A stretch of DNA of 63,474 bases, filler included, from Octopus bimaculoides (taxonomy: Eukaryota): assembly GCF_001194135.2 (NCBI RefSeq). It is 5 parts of 4 records of this genome, joined end to end, with 100 filler letters (N's around TTAATTAATTAA, not from the genome) between each part and the next. Parts side by side here need not be neighbours in the genome. Positions count along the whole stretch, not along the records: positions 1 to 27,557 come from NC_068984.1; 4 more parts are not named here. One strand, 5' to 3'. Within the stretch, counting starts at the first letter, position 1. Each line of letters starts with the position of its first letter. Below, piece after piece: positions 12,806 through 24,580 of the stretch. Below the pieces are notes generated by a model that was not told where the DNA came from, did no database searches, and was given only the letters and a program-made list of their open reading frames with translations. Made by a program: the position numbers and the translations under genes.

Positions 12806-13452
12806 ACATGTAAATTTCACTCTTTCGGTATTCAACTACACAAATACAAGTATTGCTGATGCGTTGTGAATATCTCATTGTTACACCACTTTGTGTATCT
12901 GGACCAGATCATATAAATGCCTTCCATGAAGGTGGATGTAAATTGCTGTTCTTTAACAATGCACTCTATTTTAAAATTTCATTTGTTATTGGTACCATTA
13001 ATTGTCACCAGCACCTTCCATGTCATTACACTTCACATTTTAAGAAACTTGAAAACTCAAATAATATTAACTTGAAATTCAAAAAGAGTTAAAAAAGATA
13101 TTTGCATTTTTCTTTTTTCTAATTAGCAGAGAGTTCTGAAGAGAAGAATTTTGAATCATCTAGTGCATTTACCAATAAAGAATAATATAATTAAGATAAA
13201 TAGCAAACACTGCCAAAGTTACTCAATGGGAGTACATAATAGCTATAACAAGATTTGAATTTCTAGTTTTCTGATAATTGATTGAGTGACAGACATAAGG
13301 CAAGTTATAACTAAAACTTTATGGCAAAATAACTGAGTTAATTATTGGCAGACACATCTTTTTAATATATTGATTTTTATGAATTAAAAATCATTTGTTT
13401 TATGGCAGTGCCATGCCAGGTGTATATTTCTTAAATTTTGTGATACATATGC

Positions 13453-13489
<37 letters not shown>

Positions 13490-13693
13490 CCGGAGTAAGC
13501 ACATAAATGTGCAACAAGGTGAAAAAAAGAGTACTCAAATACCAGAGGTAGAGTAATATGCTTTATTTAAAAGCAGCAGAAATATAACAAAAAACTGTTA
13601 CTTGGAGTTTCACGTTCCAAAACTGTCCGATGAATGGGAACGTGAAACTCTGAGTAACAGTTTTTTGTTATATTTCTGCTGTTTTTAAATAAA

Positions 13694-13694
<1 letters not shown>
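13490..13694 (+). mobile_element. Short Penelope-type non-autonomous element with an internal 58-bp inverted repeat, inserted in (TA)n
   Basis: 13561-13618 is the reverse complement of 13637-13694 (3 mismatches); (TA)n on both flanks; contains a hammerhead motif. Confidence 0.7.
13623..13660 (+). ncRNA. Minimal type I hammerhead ribozyme motif
   Basis: CUGU-CCGAUGA-AUG(GGAA)CGU-GAA-ACUC(U)GAGU-A-ACAG: stem I, core, stem II, GAAA, short stem III, GUA cleavage triplet; U4 is replaced by C. Confidence 0.72.
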
Positions 13695-13743
<49 letters not shown>

Positions 13744-14186
13744 AAAAATGTTTCTATTCTTTGATTTCATTACACTTCTGCTCTCATAAAGAATTCAAAT
13801 TGTAAACTTAAAAAATTTTATAACTTTTTTTCATTATTAAAGCTGATAAAATGAATGTTGGTTTCTATAGAAATTAAAATGAAAAATGAATGAAATCTTT
13901 AGACAAGAACCAAGTTATCCTATATTTAGATTTTTATACTTTATTTAGTAAGGATTCTTTTTCTTGTAACAATAGTCTAATATGATTATTTCATGGCATT
14001 GTTTTACTTTTCAAAGTAATTATTTTTATTTCATAACTTAGACAATTCAATATTTAAAATATAAGGAAATAATTTTAATACATTTCAACTTCCAACTCAA
14101 TGCATAGCAATAAAAAATGAGCATAGTATTGTTACATAATTGTTTATCAATGCTTTCCTTTCTAGTATTTATTGGTTTGCTCTTTC

Positions 14187-14292
14187 TTAATTCATGTTTA
14201 GTTTAAACCGTAAACCTGTTGCTGTTTGCTTGTGAAAATCTCCATCCCATAACTGTTTCATTGTATCACAAAATTGTCCTTTACCATCCAAT
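14187..14292 (-). CDS. MORN2: MORN repeat-containing protein 2, terminal coding exon
   Basis: ttgtctttctttacag acceptor; (K)LDGKGQFCDTMKQLWDGDFHKQTATGLRFKLNMN* resembles the MORN2 C-terminus (EGEGEYTD...W.G.F...AAP.L.LKL.M); phase fits the 24581 donor (AA|A). Confidence 0.88.
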
Positions 14293-14694
14293 CTGTAAAG
14301 AAAGACAAAGGAAATTATTCTCTTTTAAATATTATTTTTAGATGTGAAAACATAAAAAATTTTTTTAATCAATTTTTTAACAGAAGGTGGGTTAATTTAA
14401 GATTGGACAAATATGGATATTTACATTTAGACTAAATGCTGATGTAAATCCAAAGTGAACAAAATACTTGTGGAGGTAGGAGGAAACTAATCTTTTAGGA
14501 CTGATCTTGGATCTGAGAAGGAAGATTTTTTTGATTGAAGTGTTTTTAGCCAGTACTAAGAATATTTAAAAGGAGAAGGAAGAGTGGGTTAAACAATGTA
14601 GGTGTAGGTAATGTATTAATCAAAAAAAGGAATTAAAAATATTAATACTATATGTTAGTGTACAGGATGGAATTTGAACCATAAAGAAATCACT

Positions 14695-14775
14695 CCAAAA
14701 CCAGGAAACATCTTAAACACTTAGAATAAAATCACGCCAAAACCAGGAAACATCTTAAACACCTAGTATAAAATC
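14695..14775. repeat. Tandem duplication of a ~42-bp unit
   Basis: ccaaaaccaggaaacatcttaaacac(t/c)tag(a/t)ataaaatc occurs twice in a row. Confidence 0.8.
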
Positions 14776-15529
14776 CTAACCATAACATGCTGTGGTTTAG
14801 AGTGTCACCAATGGCAATGGAGAACAGAATAAAACACTTGTATACATTCACTAAATACATTCAAATGAAACTTAACAGATTATCATTGTCATCATCATTT
14901 AACATCTGTTCTCCATGTTGCCATGGGTTGGACAGATGTGTTTGAGAAGCTAGATTAATGGTAAGGATAGAGTTTACAAGATAGCATTTACAAATTAAGG
15001 AAAAAAACAGTTTACTTTATCGAAGTTTATTAAAACATGCTTCCAGGAAAAACAACTTGGCGATAAGGGCAATATTCTAACAGTCACAGAGGCATTGGAC
15101 TCTGCCTCACTCATCTTCCAGCCACTGCATCAAGGGTGAAATATTGTCAGGTAGTCTTATACAGTGAATATAGCTCGAAGCCTACATTTTAAAATTCCGG
15201 GGTTGTCTTATATACTCCAGCATATACAGTATGTAAAAAACAAACCCTAAGTCTAAGGAAACTGGTGGTCCCCTACATCAGCATAGATTATACATTGAAC
15301 AGATTGAGTCATGAGACTCAGTGTGTTCCTATGCCACAAAAAAAAAAAGAATCTGATGGAAAGACTAACACTAGGCTTTCCAATAGTTTACAGTTTTATC
15401 TAAACTTGAATTTTTACTGATGCAGAACTGCCACCAATTCTCTCTGACACTGTATTATATAATATAAATATATTATAAAGCTAATAGAAAATGTTCTTTC
15501 TTCACTGTCTGTTTCTGGTCTCTTATTTA

Positions 15530-15619
<90 letters not shown>

Positions 15620-15622
<3 letters not shown>

Positions 15623-15800
15623 TGGTGCCACATAAAAAACACCCAATACACTCTGTAAAGTGGTTGGCTTTGGAAAGGGCAAGCAGCTGTAGAAACCATG
15701 CTAAAACACACAATGGGGCCTGGTACAGTCCCCAGCCTTACCAGCTCCTGTCAAATTAGCCAACCCATGGCAGCATGGAAAACGGAATTTAAATGATGAT
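15620..15800 (+). repeat. RTE-type 3' tail fragment following (TA)n
   Basis: gctggtgccacataaaaaacaccc...aacccatggcagcatggaaaacgg...aaatgatgat, similar to 4885-5080. Confidence 0.75.
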
Positions 15801-15879
15801 ATCTCTCTCTCCAACTTTGCCAGATCACTGTTGTATGCTGATACTCCTACCTATTACACCTGATCATCAAACAAAACCT

Positions 15880-18800
15880 TTTTGCCAGGTTTTGTTTGAT
15901 AATCAGGTGTAATAGGTAGGAGCATCAGCATACAGTAGTGATCTGGCGAAGTTGTCTTCTGCACACAGTTTGAAGAAAGCTGTGAGTTTTGTTGACTCTG
16001 AACAGTTGGCCTGTTCTTGGGCATTGTCCTCTGTGAAACAGATACGTTGACCATTTTCAAGATGAACATCTAGATCCATAACTGGTTGATACTGCTTGTG
16101 GATGTCGAACTTGTTCAAATGCTACATAGCCTCATTAGCAGAAACATATCTGCCAAGTTGATATCCCCTGATTTCATCCCCTTCTCGACCCTCCTTTTTT
16201 AGTTCAGCAGCTGCCATATTGGACTCTTTGTTGATGTACTTGCATATGTACTTGATGCTTTTAACAGAATTGAATGCCTCAACGTTCACATGGGCCCCAA
16301 ATGTTTCTGATAGCAAGGGGTTGTAGGGAACAATCCATCGGTTGTCCTCTTCAAACTGTATTGTTTCTGTTTTGTTTGTTTGCTCATTTTTCCACTTTAG
16401 TGGTATTATTGCTGTAAATCCACCATCCTCAGGGCTGAGTCACCTGTAGAGTGGATATCTGTCACGTCCCGTGCACATTTCTGGGACAAAGGCCCTCAGG
16501 TACCTCTTGGTGCACATACCGTCCTTCATGCAAGGTGAAGCACTGTTAAAGATACCACAGGGCCCATGCATCATGTGCCTCTTGACAATGTTGTACAAAT
16601 CACTGGTTTGGGAGCAGTGCTGATTATTCAATCCACAGAGTCAGAGTGGGTTTTTTCTTTGCACCAAATCATGGTATGAGAATGAGGCAAACCCCCTTTT
16701 TTGCCACTCGATAGTGTACATCCAAGCATTGAGTCCTCAAAATATTTTGCTGTCCTTCAGCAGCCACAACAACTTTTTCTGTCTCAGGTTGAACACTCTT
16801 GTGATCAGATCATGTCTTTCACTACTGTTCTGACCTTCAAAGAGGTAGTCTTGAATTTCAGGCCACTTGGAGTTGCAGGTAAAGGTGATGAAAAGATCAG
16901 GTGAACCGAATTTGTGAACCTACAAAAGTTGAAGGTAAGATGACACGTTTACCAACATTGCATCCATCACCATCTTTATTCAGGGCATCTTGGAGATTGT
17001 GGTATTCCTTGGACCTCAATTGCTTTTGACTCAGTTGAATAAAAAGCAAGTGTTCAGTTGGCATTTTTGCATACATGTCCACAATGAACTGGCTTGTTAG
17101 CATCTTGAACTGCAGAAGATGGTTGAGTTCTCCCTCTCTCATCATAAGACGATATGCATAGAATTACCTGCAGGATATCTTTTTGTTGGTTGGCATATCA
17201 GTTGCCAGGTTAACTTGGTAAGGCTCATGGTGATAACCATCTTTTCCATAGGGGATCATCAATGGGTACTGCAGGCAGTCATAAGGACTGCCTGCAGTAC
17301 CCATTGATGATCCCTGTGTTTCTTCATAATGTTTGTCAACTGGTTGTTATGGTGATTCAAGGCAATATCTCTTATGCTGTGCTCTTTGACGACGATAATG
17401 ATTGCCACCTCATTGTTGACAGGTGCATTGAATTGTCCTGCATGCTCACCAGATGGTTGTCTGTCAGTATTAATGATAATTTTGAGTTCAGGCTGCGCCT
17501 CCATCTGCTCCAAAGCAAACTTGAAGCTATTCACATAACTGTGAGTAGATTGAAGCATCGTCTGCAGCTGTGAAATTAGATGAACTTTACACGGTGTATT
17601 TGTTCATTTTCTCCTCCCATGAAGTAAACTTGGATGAACCTTGGCTCCACATCTGACAAAGATTGAAGATTTCCGAGTTGATGATAATGCTGCCCTTGGA
17701 TCAAGAGAGTGCCTCCTTCAAATTCAATGTGGTCTGCACCAAAGGACATCATCATGAATGCTGCATTGTAGCGCATTGTCTTGTTGCGGAAAGTGTTGCC
17801 ATTCTTGCGTCCTCAAAACTTCTGGAGGATCTTGCAAACTTTCAAGCTTCACCTGAACGAACAGTATATGGAAGGAGGCTTACCTGGCCATCTGTATGCC
17901 TTGCAGTAAGTGCAGACAACATTCATTTCGCCACTGGACACCACCAGATTGCTGGAATAATTTCTAGTGGGTTCATAATTGAATGCAGCTTTGAACCACT
18001 CTCTCCTTCTCGTTGCACTGGCTGCAGATCGTGCAGTCTGCCTTTGCATTCTCTCGAGTGACCCCTCGGTTTGTCTTCTCCGTCGCCTTGAAGTTCTATC
18101 TGCTGTCTGACGTACCCGTTTCTGAAGCTCTTACCATAGCAGTAGAAATTCTGTCAGATGAGAAACATTGTTCTTTGGCTGCATCACTCTCAGCAGCTCT
18201 CGCCATAACAGTAGAATTTCTGTTAGATGAGAGACGTTGTTCTCAAGCTGCAGTCGTCTCAGAATGTCGTGCCCTGGCCATTGCTGCTCGTTGTGCAGGC
18301 AAAAACTCTTCTCTCTCTTCCTGCATCTGTTCTCGTCTTGTTGCAGCATAAGCAGCATGTCTTTCAGAGAGACGAAGCTCTCTTTCTTTGGTTGTCTCTT
18401 GATTTAAGAGAACACTTTAAGAATTAGTATCAGCAAGTTACAGTATTGAATTCACGAAAAATAATTTAATGAGTGATCTAAAGAGTTTTAGAGGCTATAC
18501 AGATTGGTTGGATTGTAATAAGTAAGTTAAAACAAAGAGATATAATCAAAAACTAATTTCAAGTCTCAAATTTAGTCCTCTTAAAAATTATTAGAGCCTA
18601 TCCATGGCAGTTGGATTTAAAAGAATAAGTTTCAGCAATAAGTAATAATCAAAAAAATAATTCCAAGTCTCAAATTTATTCCTTTAAAATTATAAGAGCC
18701 TATCCATGCCAGTAAGTTTTAAATGAGTAAGTTAAGACAATGAATAATAATCAAAAAATATTGAGGCTATATTTAGTTGTAAGATTTCATTGAGTAATTT

Positions 18801-19900
18801 AAGACAATGAATAACAATCAAAAATTATTTCATGTCTCATATTTAGTCATGTAAAAAGTAGTAGAGGCTATCCTTAGCAGTAGGATTTATATGAGTAAGG
18901 TAAGACAATGAAAACTACTCAAAAAGTAATTTCAAGTCTCAAATTTAGTTATGTACATAGAATTAGAGCCTACACTTAGTTGTAAACTTATAATGAATAA
19001 GTTAAAGCAACAAATAACAAAAATGAAAGTGAAGCTGCAAACCACAGAAACAGACAATTGAGTAAATTAAAATTACAATGTTCCAAAAATTGCTTATCGA
19101 AAGAATGGTAAGGCATTCTTGGAATGTGGACATTTAAGTAATGTACAGAAGACCAGTGCCTATCTCTAGCAGTATGATTTTAATTTTACAACGGTGGATA
19201 TGTTAATGAAGCATATAACTCACATGTAATCGCCTTTGTTGCATTTGCGCTGTACAAGAATTCACAGCTCGCACTTTGGCTCGTGTTCGTCGTGGCATCA
19301 AGTATGTATAATTTCAATCTAATATGCTAGGAGGTTTGGGCTATCTATATACATAAATGCGGAATGGTGTCTGTGTGTAAGTAAGTAAGGAAGAAAGTTT
19401 GGGGTTACTTTGACAAAACAATCGATAATTGCGTGTGAGCAGTGGTTTTTGTAAAATCAATAGGCTTCATAGGAATTTTATTTTTTGCTGTAACTTTTTC
19501 ATTATTGATCTGATTTCGATGAAGTTTGAGATGAAGGTCAAGTTTGTGATAAGGGTGATGCATAAAGTGTTTATTTAATCCAGGAGAGCTTGAAGTGGAC
19601 ACAACTATAATTAAGCATTTCCTTAGAGACTATTCTATCGATTTTGTTGAAATTTTACATGTGAAGAAGTGCAAAAGCTACAGGTAAAGTAACATCGAGC
19701 TCACAAAAAAAAAATTGATGCCAACTGAGCATTATTGAGTTTTCGAAGGGTTCCAGTCTTATTGGAACTTTGGGACATGTGATCTACTTATGTGCCAAAA
19801 ATCATTTCGAATTGGTTAGATGGTTTGGGAGGAGTTAGAGTAACCACAAACACGCACACAGACAAACACCATTACACATTTATGTATATATATATGTGTG
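15880..19900 (-). mobile_element. Helitron relic (N-terminal repeats, Zn finger, HUH Rep domain, start of helicase region), pseudogenised and 3'-truncated, in a MORN2 intron
   Basis: Rep motifs LFITFTCNSKW (~16880), YTIEWQKRGLPHSHTMIW (~16700), HGPCG, GAHVNVEAFNSVKSIKYICKYINK; also ILPSTFVGS, MNVVCTYCKAYRW, VHLENGQR; many stops and frameshifts; the 5' boundary near 19900 is approximate. Confidence 0.9.
18480..19000. repeat. Degenerate ~105-bp AT-rich tandem repeats in the Helitron 5' region
   Basis: aaaa.taatttcaagtctcaaatttagt-like motif recurs near 18549, 18655, 18820 and 18922. Confidence 0.7.
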
Positions 19901-20310
19901 TGTGTGTGTATATATGCATATATGTATATAAATATATGTGTATATGCATATAAATATGTGTATATGCATGTATATATATGAGTATATACATATATGTATG
20001 TATATATACGAGTATATATGTATATGTATGAGTATATACATATATGTATGTATATATATGTGTATATACATGTATGTATATATGAGTATATACATATATG
20101 TATGTACATGTATGAGTATATACTTGTGTGTATATGTATAAGTAAATACATATATGTATGCATATGTATGAGTATATACATGTATGTATGTATATGTGTG
20201 TATATACATGTATGTATATATGTGTATATACATATATATATGTATATATTTATCCATATATACATATATGTATATATATATATCCATACATACACATATA
20301 TACATACATG
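19885..20310. repeat. Compound (TA/TG/TATG) microsatellite
   Basis: Low-complexity sequence; the ORFs called here are spurious. Confidence 0.95.
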
Positions 20311-20569
20311 ATGGCTGCCCCCTTGTTATCGAGTATGGCCATTGCACGAGGCTTAACTGTTATCGGTGCTGTGATCGAATGTGACTTTTTAGCCCAGCTA
20401 AAGATCTACAATGTCTTGTACAGAATTGGCAACTAAAACCTTTACAGGCAATAGCCTGCTGTAGTTGTAACTGGGATTCATGTACCTTTGCATGTCTTTT
20501 AAGTCTTGCTGAATTACACTCCCTTCCACATGCCTGACAGATATGATTAGTATGGTGTGTAGCACCACC

Positions 20570-22270
20570 ACCAGCGCAATCCTTTTCTACCTGCTACAGT
20601 CAATAGCTATGCCCTCCCATGTGTCAAGAGAGATGCTAGCATCTCTTAAGGAAGCCTTCAGCAAGTCTTTATACCTCTTTTTTTGGTTTATGTGGCGGTC
20701 ATTCTCCTTTAGCTAACTCTCCATAAAAGAGTTGTTTTGGCATCCTTGAATCTTTCATCCTGACCAAATGACCACTCCATCTGAGCCTTTGCTTCAACAC
20801 AAGAGCTTCTATACTTTCACACCGAGAGCTTTCCAATATCTCAAGATCACTGATACAGTCCTCCCACTTAATGCCATAGATCTATCTGAGACAATTTGAT
20901 GGAAACGTTCCAGTTGTTTAAGGTGGGATCGATATGTAGGAAAGGTTTTATGCAGGGTACTTCTGGACCGTCTGCTGAAACACGTTGCAGATTGTGTTCT
21001 TCCAGAAAGTCAATCTGGCTTTTGTGTGGGAAGCGGCACTGCTAATGTGATCTTTTCAGCTGGACAGCTTCAGGAGAAGTGTGTGGAACAGGGTCTGGAT
21101 TTATATCAGGTTTTTGTCGATCTGACAAAAGCCTTTGATACCGTTAATGCACTGTGGAAAGTCCTCCAGAAACTTGGTTGTCCTGAAAAGTTCCTTGTTT
21201 TGGTTAGGTCTTTTCATGAAGGCATGAAGGGTAGGGTTAATGTTAGCGGTAAAATGTCGGAGCCTATCTCAATACAAAATGGAGTGAAACAGGGGGATAT
21301 TCTGGCACCGGCCCTATTTGCCATATATTTTGCAATGGTTTTCTGTATTGCATTCAGAAACTGCAGATATGGTGTTTACATCCATTATCGAACCTCTGGC
21401 AGCATATTTAATATCAGGCGCTTTGCTGCAAAAACAAAGGTATTTACCTCTAACATAAGAGACCTTCTGTATGCAGATGATTGTGATCTAGTAGTGCTCA
21501 CAGAGATTGATATGCAACATATTTTGAATGCATTCTCTGATGTTTGCACTGCCTTAGGAATGACAGTCAATCTCAAGAAAACTGTTGTCATGTACCAACC
21601 TGCCCCTGGTAAGCAGTATAGTGAACCAAATACCTATGTGTATGGTAAATGACTTGATGTGGTTGATCAGTTTGTCTACCTGGGAAGCACTGTTAATAGA
21701 TATGGCAATTTGGACAATGAAATTCCATATAGAATTAGGAAAGCAAGTGATGCTTTTGGAAGGCTAGAAATGCATCTCTGGAGTCGGCGAGTCATATGCA
21801 GGAAGACAAAGATAAAGGTGTACAAGACATGTGTTCCCTCTTCTCTTCTTTATGCCTGCGAGACATGGGTCACATATCGATACCACCTTAAACAACTGGA
21901 ATATTTCCATCAGATGTGTCTCCGATGGATCTATGGCATTAAGTGGGAGGACCACATCAGTGATCTTGAAATATTGGAAATCTCTCAGTGTGAAAGTATA
22001 GAGGCTCTTGTGTTAAAGCAAAGGCTCAGATGGAGTGGTCATCTGGTCAGGATGAAGGATTCAAGGATGCCAAAGCAATTGACCTCCGTATAAACCAAAA
22101 AAGAGGTATAAGGACTTGATGAAGGGTTCCTTAAGAGATGCTTGCATCTCTCCTGACACATGGGAGGGCATAGCTATTGACTGTAGCAGGTGGAGAAGGA
22201 TTGTGCATGAGGGGACAGCTACTTTTGAGAAATCTTGAGTTGCACTTGAGTAAGTAAGGAGGGATGTCAG
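20570..22270 (+). mobile_element. RTE-clade LINE (second family), 5'-truncated, preceded by an inverted copy of its own 3' part
   Basis: + strand from ~20938: GKVLCRVLLDRL...PESQSGF, FVDLTKAFDTV, GVKQGDILAP, LLYADD, FVYLGST, LRWSGHLVRM; 20580-20937 is a diverged reverse complement of ~21870-22205. Confidence 0.9.
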
Positions 22271-22274
22271 GAAG

Positions 22275-22305
<31 letters not shown>

Positions 22306-22809
22306 TTCTAGGTATGTATATGACAAGATAATTTTTGCCTCTTTTTATGGAGACAAAAGAGTTTATAAAACTACAAAAAAGAAGTGCTCAAATGTAATTG
22401 AGACAAAGATAAAAAACATTGATCAGAAAACAAACATCAAATTCGAGTCAATGACTTTATGATACATAACACCACGCCTCCAAACATTTGATCATATATA
22501 AATATTACCATGGCCTTTCAACATATAAAGAATACATATATAAAAAACACAGAAGGTAAAAAATATATATGCAAATAAAAATACAGATATATAGAACGGC
22601 CTATCAAGAAGGTATATACAATCAACTAAAAATTCTAAAGTGTGTCATGGGGCTAAAAATCTAAATAAATTAAAATATCAATTGACTAAAAAGATTTTTC
22701 TTACTCCCTTCAAACAAAAAAAATATATGTCAAAAAAGTTCATTTCATAAAAACCATGGTAGGTTGGAGTACAGGAGTGTAAAAGAGTCCCACAAAATCA
22801 AGTCAAACA

Positions 22810-22893
22810 CATCTATGGCCATTTCGGGAGTTCACTGCCGCGGTTCAATTACAAGTTAAGGTGCATCTCAGCAATGACCCCCTCATCAAGATG
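22810..22893 (-). ncRNA. Type I hammerhead ribozyme motif with extended stem II
   Basis: Minus strand: CAUC-UUGAUGA-GGGGG-UCAUUGCUG...CGGCAGUGA-A-CUCCC-GAA-AUGGCCAU-A-GAUG; all three stems close, stem III is palindromic, C3 is replaced by U. Confidence 0.75.
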
Positions 22894-22976
22894 AACAGGA
22901 ATCTCAACAAATTATTTGTGAACATGGTATTATGTATAAAGTTGTTGACGCAAATTTGACGTTTGTTCTCTGATCA

Positions 22977-23029
<53 letters not shown>

Positions 23030-23039
23030 TACATATATA

Positions 23040-24380
23040 TAAATAGTTTCTGGCTGGACAAATATCCAAAAGAAATACCAGAACGGATCAACAGAGACTT
23101 CATAATTGAATCAATTAAATTCATCCTCCAAAACAACCATTTCATGTTTGATACCACTGTTTATCGCCAAAAATCTGGAATTGCAATGGGAACCAGGGCA
23201 GCCCCAACCATTGCCAATCTAACAATGGGCTATTTAGAAATAACAATATATCAAGAGTCATTTTCAAAATTTGGAAACACTCTCTCTCAATACATAAAAG
23301 AAAATTGGAAAAGATTTTTGGAATCCGCTTCATCCTCTGGAATGAAAACATAGATAAGCTCCTGGAGTTCAAAAGACTTCTCAATAACATTAACACTTAC
23401 ATACAATTCACAGTGGAACACAACCATGAGGAACTCCCATTCCTAGACATACTGATTAAAAAAATAAACAAAAAAATAGAAACAGACATTTCTTACAAGA
23501 CCACAGACACTAAATAATATCTATTATCTAGCTCATGTAACCCGAGATATATCAAAACAAATATCCCTTCAGCCTTGCAAGAAGGATTTGCACTATAGTA
23601 TAAAAAAAAAAAAAAATACCAGAGAACTAAGATTGCAAGAGCTTAAAAATGTACTCCAGGACATGCATTACCCAACTCAACTCATAAATGAAAGAATTAA
23701 ATGTACAAAATCAATTAATATTAAAACATTAAGAAAAGCCCAATGCAACAACACATCTACCCTCAAAGCACTACCTTATATCTCCACATATAACCCCAGA
23801 AACAAAGAAACATTTAATATCATCGTCTACAATCTTCCAATACTCCATAGGGACCCGAAACTTAAAGAGATTCTATGTAACCATAAAATCATTAAGAGCA
23901 GCAAACAGCCTAAAACATTGAAAATTCTCACTAATGCCAAACTATTCTCTGGAACAACGGACACAAGAGTCATAAAGTGTGGTTGCCCTAATTGTGGAAC
24001 ATGTCCCAATCTGTTGGAAGGATCAGAATTCCATTTCAGACAAGGACAAATATTCAAAATCAAATCTAACTTCACTTGCACCTCCCAAACCTCATTTACG
24101 TAATCAGATGCTCGGGCTGCCAATGAAATTATATTGGCTCAACAGGAATATTCGATCCAAAAGAGATGTATGGTCCACAGACAATAAATTTCCTCCCCAC
24201 AATATGACTAAATATACCTCAGTCAACACATTGTCGAATGTGCAGAACGATTACAACCACAATTCAAAATTTTCCCATTTTATCAACTTGCCTTCTGGAC
24301 CTCAACACAAGTAAGACTGAATAAAAAAGCCTCAGTAATCCAAAAATATAAACCAGAATTAAATATGAATCCATATTAAA
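23040..24380 (+). mobile_element. Penelope-like retroelement fragment (RT plus GIY-YIG), pseudogenised
   Basis: FILQNNHFMFD..YRQKSGIAMGTRAAPTIANL.MGYLE, WKRF(L/DD), ELPFLDILI, LPYISTYNP, KCGCPNCGTCP, FTCTS followed by a frameshifted YVIRC...YIG region. Confidence 0.9.
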
Positions 24381-24580
24381 AATAAAGGACTTACCGCATC
24401 TAATGGAAGATCTAAAGGGTAGGACAGAGGGGGAAAGATGAGAAGGGTTAATGAGGTGGGGGAGGGAGCACTAGTAGAATATGTAGAATATTGTGTTACT
24501 AGGTACAATATTAAACAAATAAAAACAAAATATTATTTCAAATATTCAGTGATAATGATTATTTTTAAAAGTAGACTCAC

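Noticed and set aside
19816-20436. Tyr/Ile/His-rich ORFs here and at 50775-51586 and 58888-59331
   Set aside because: Translations of dinucleotide and tetranucleotide microsatellites
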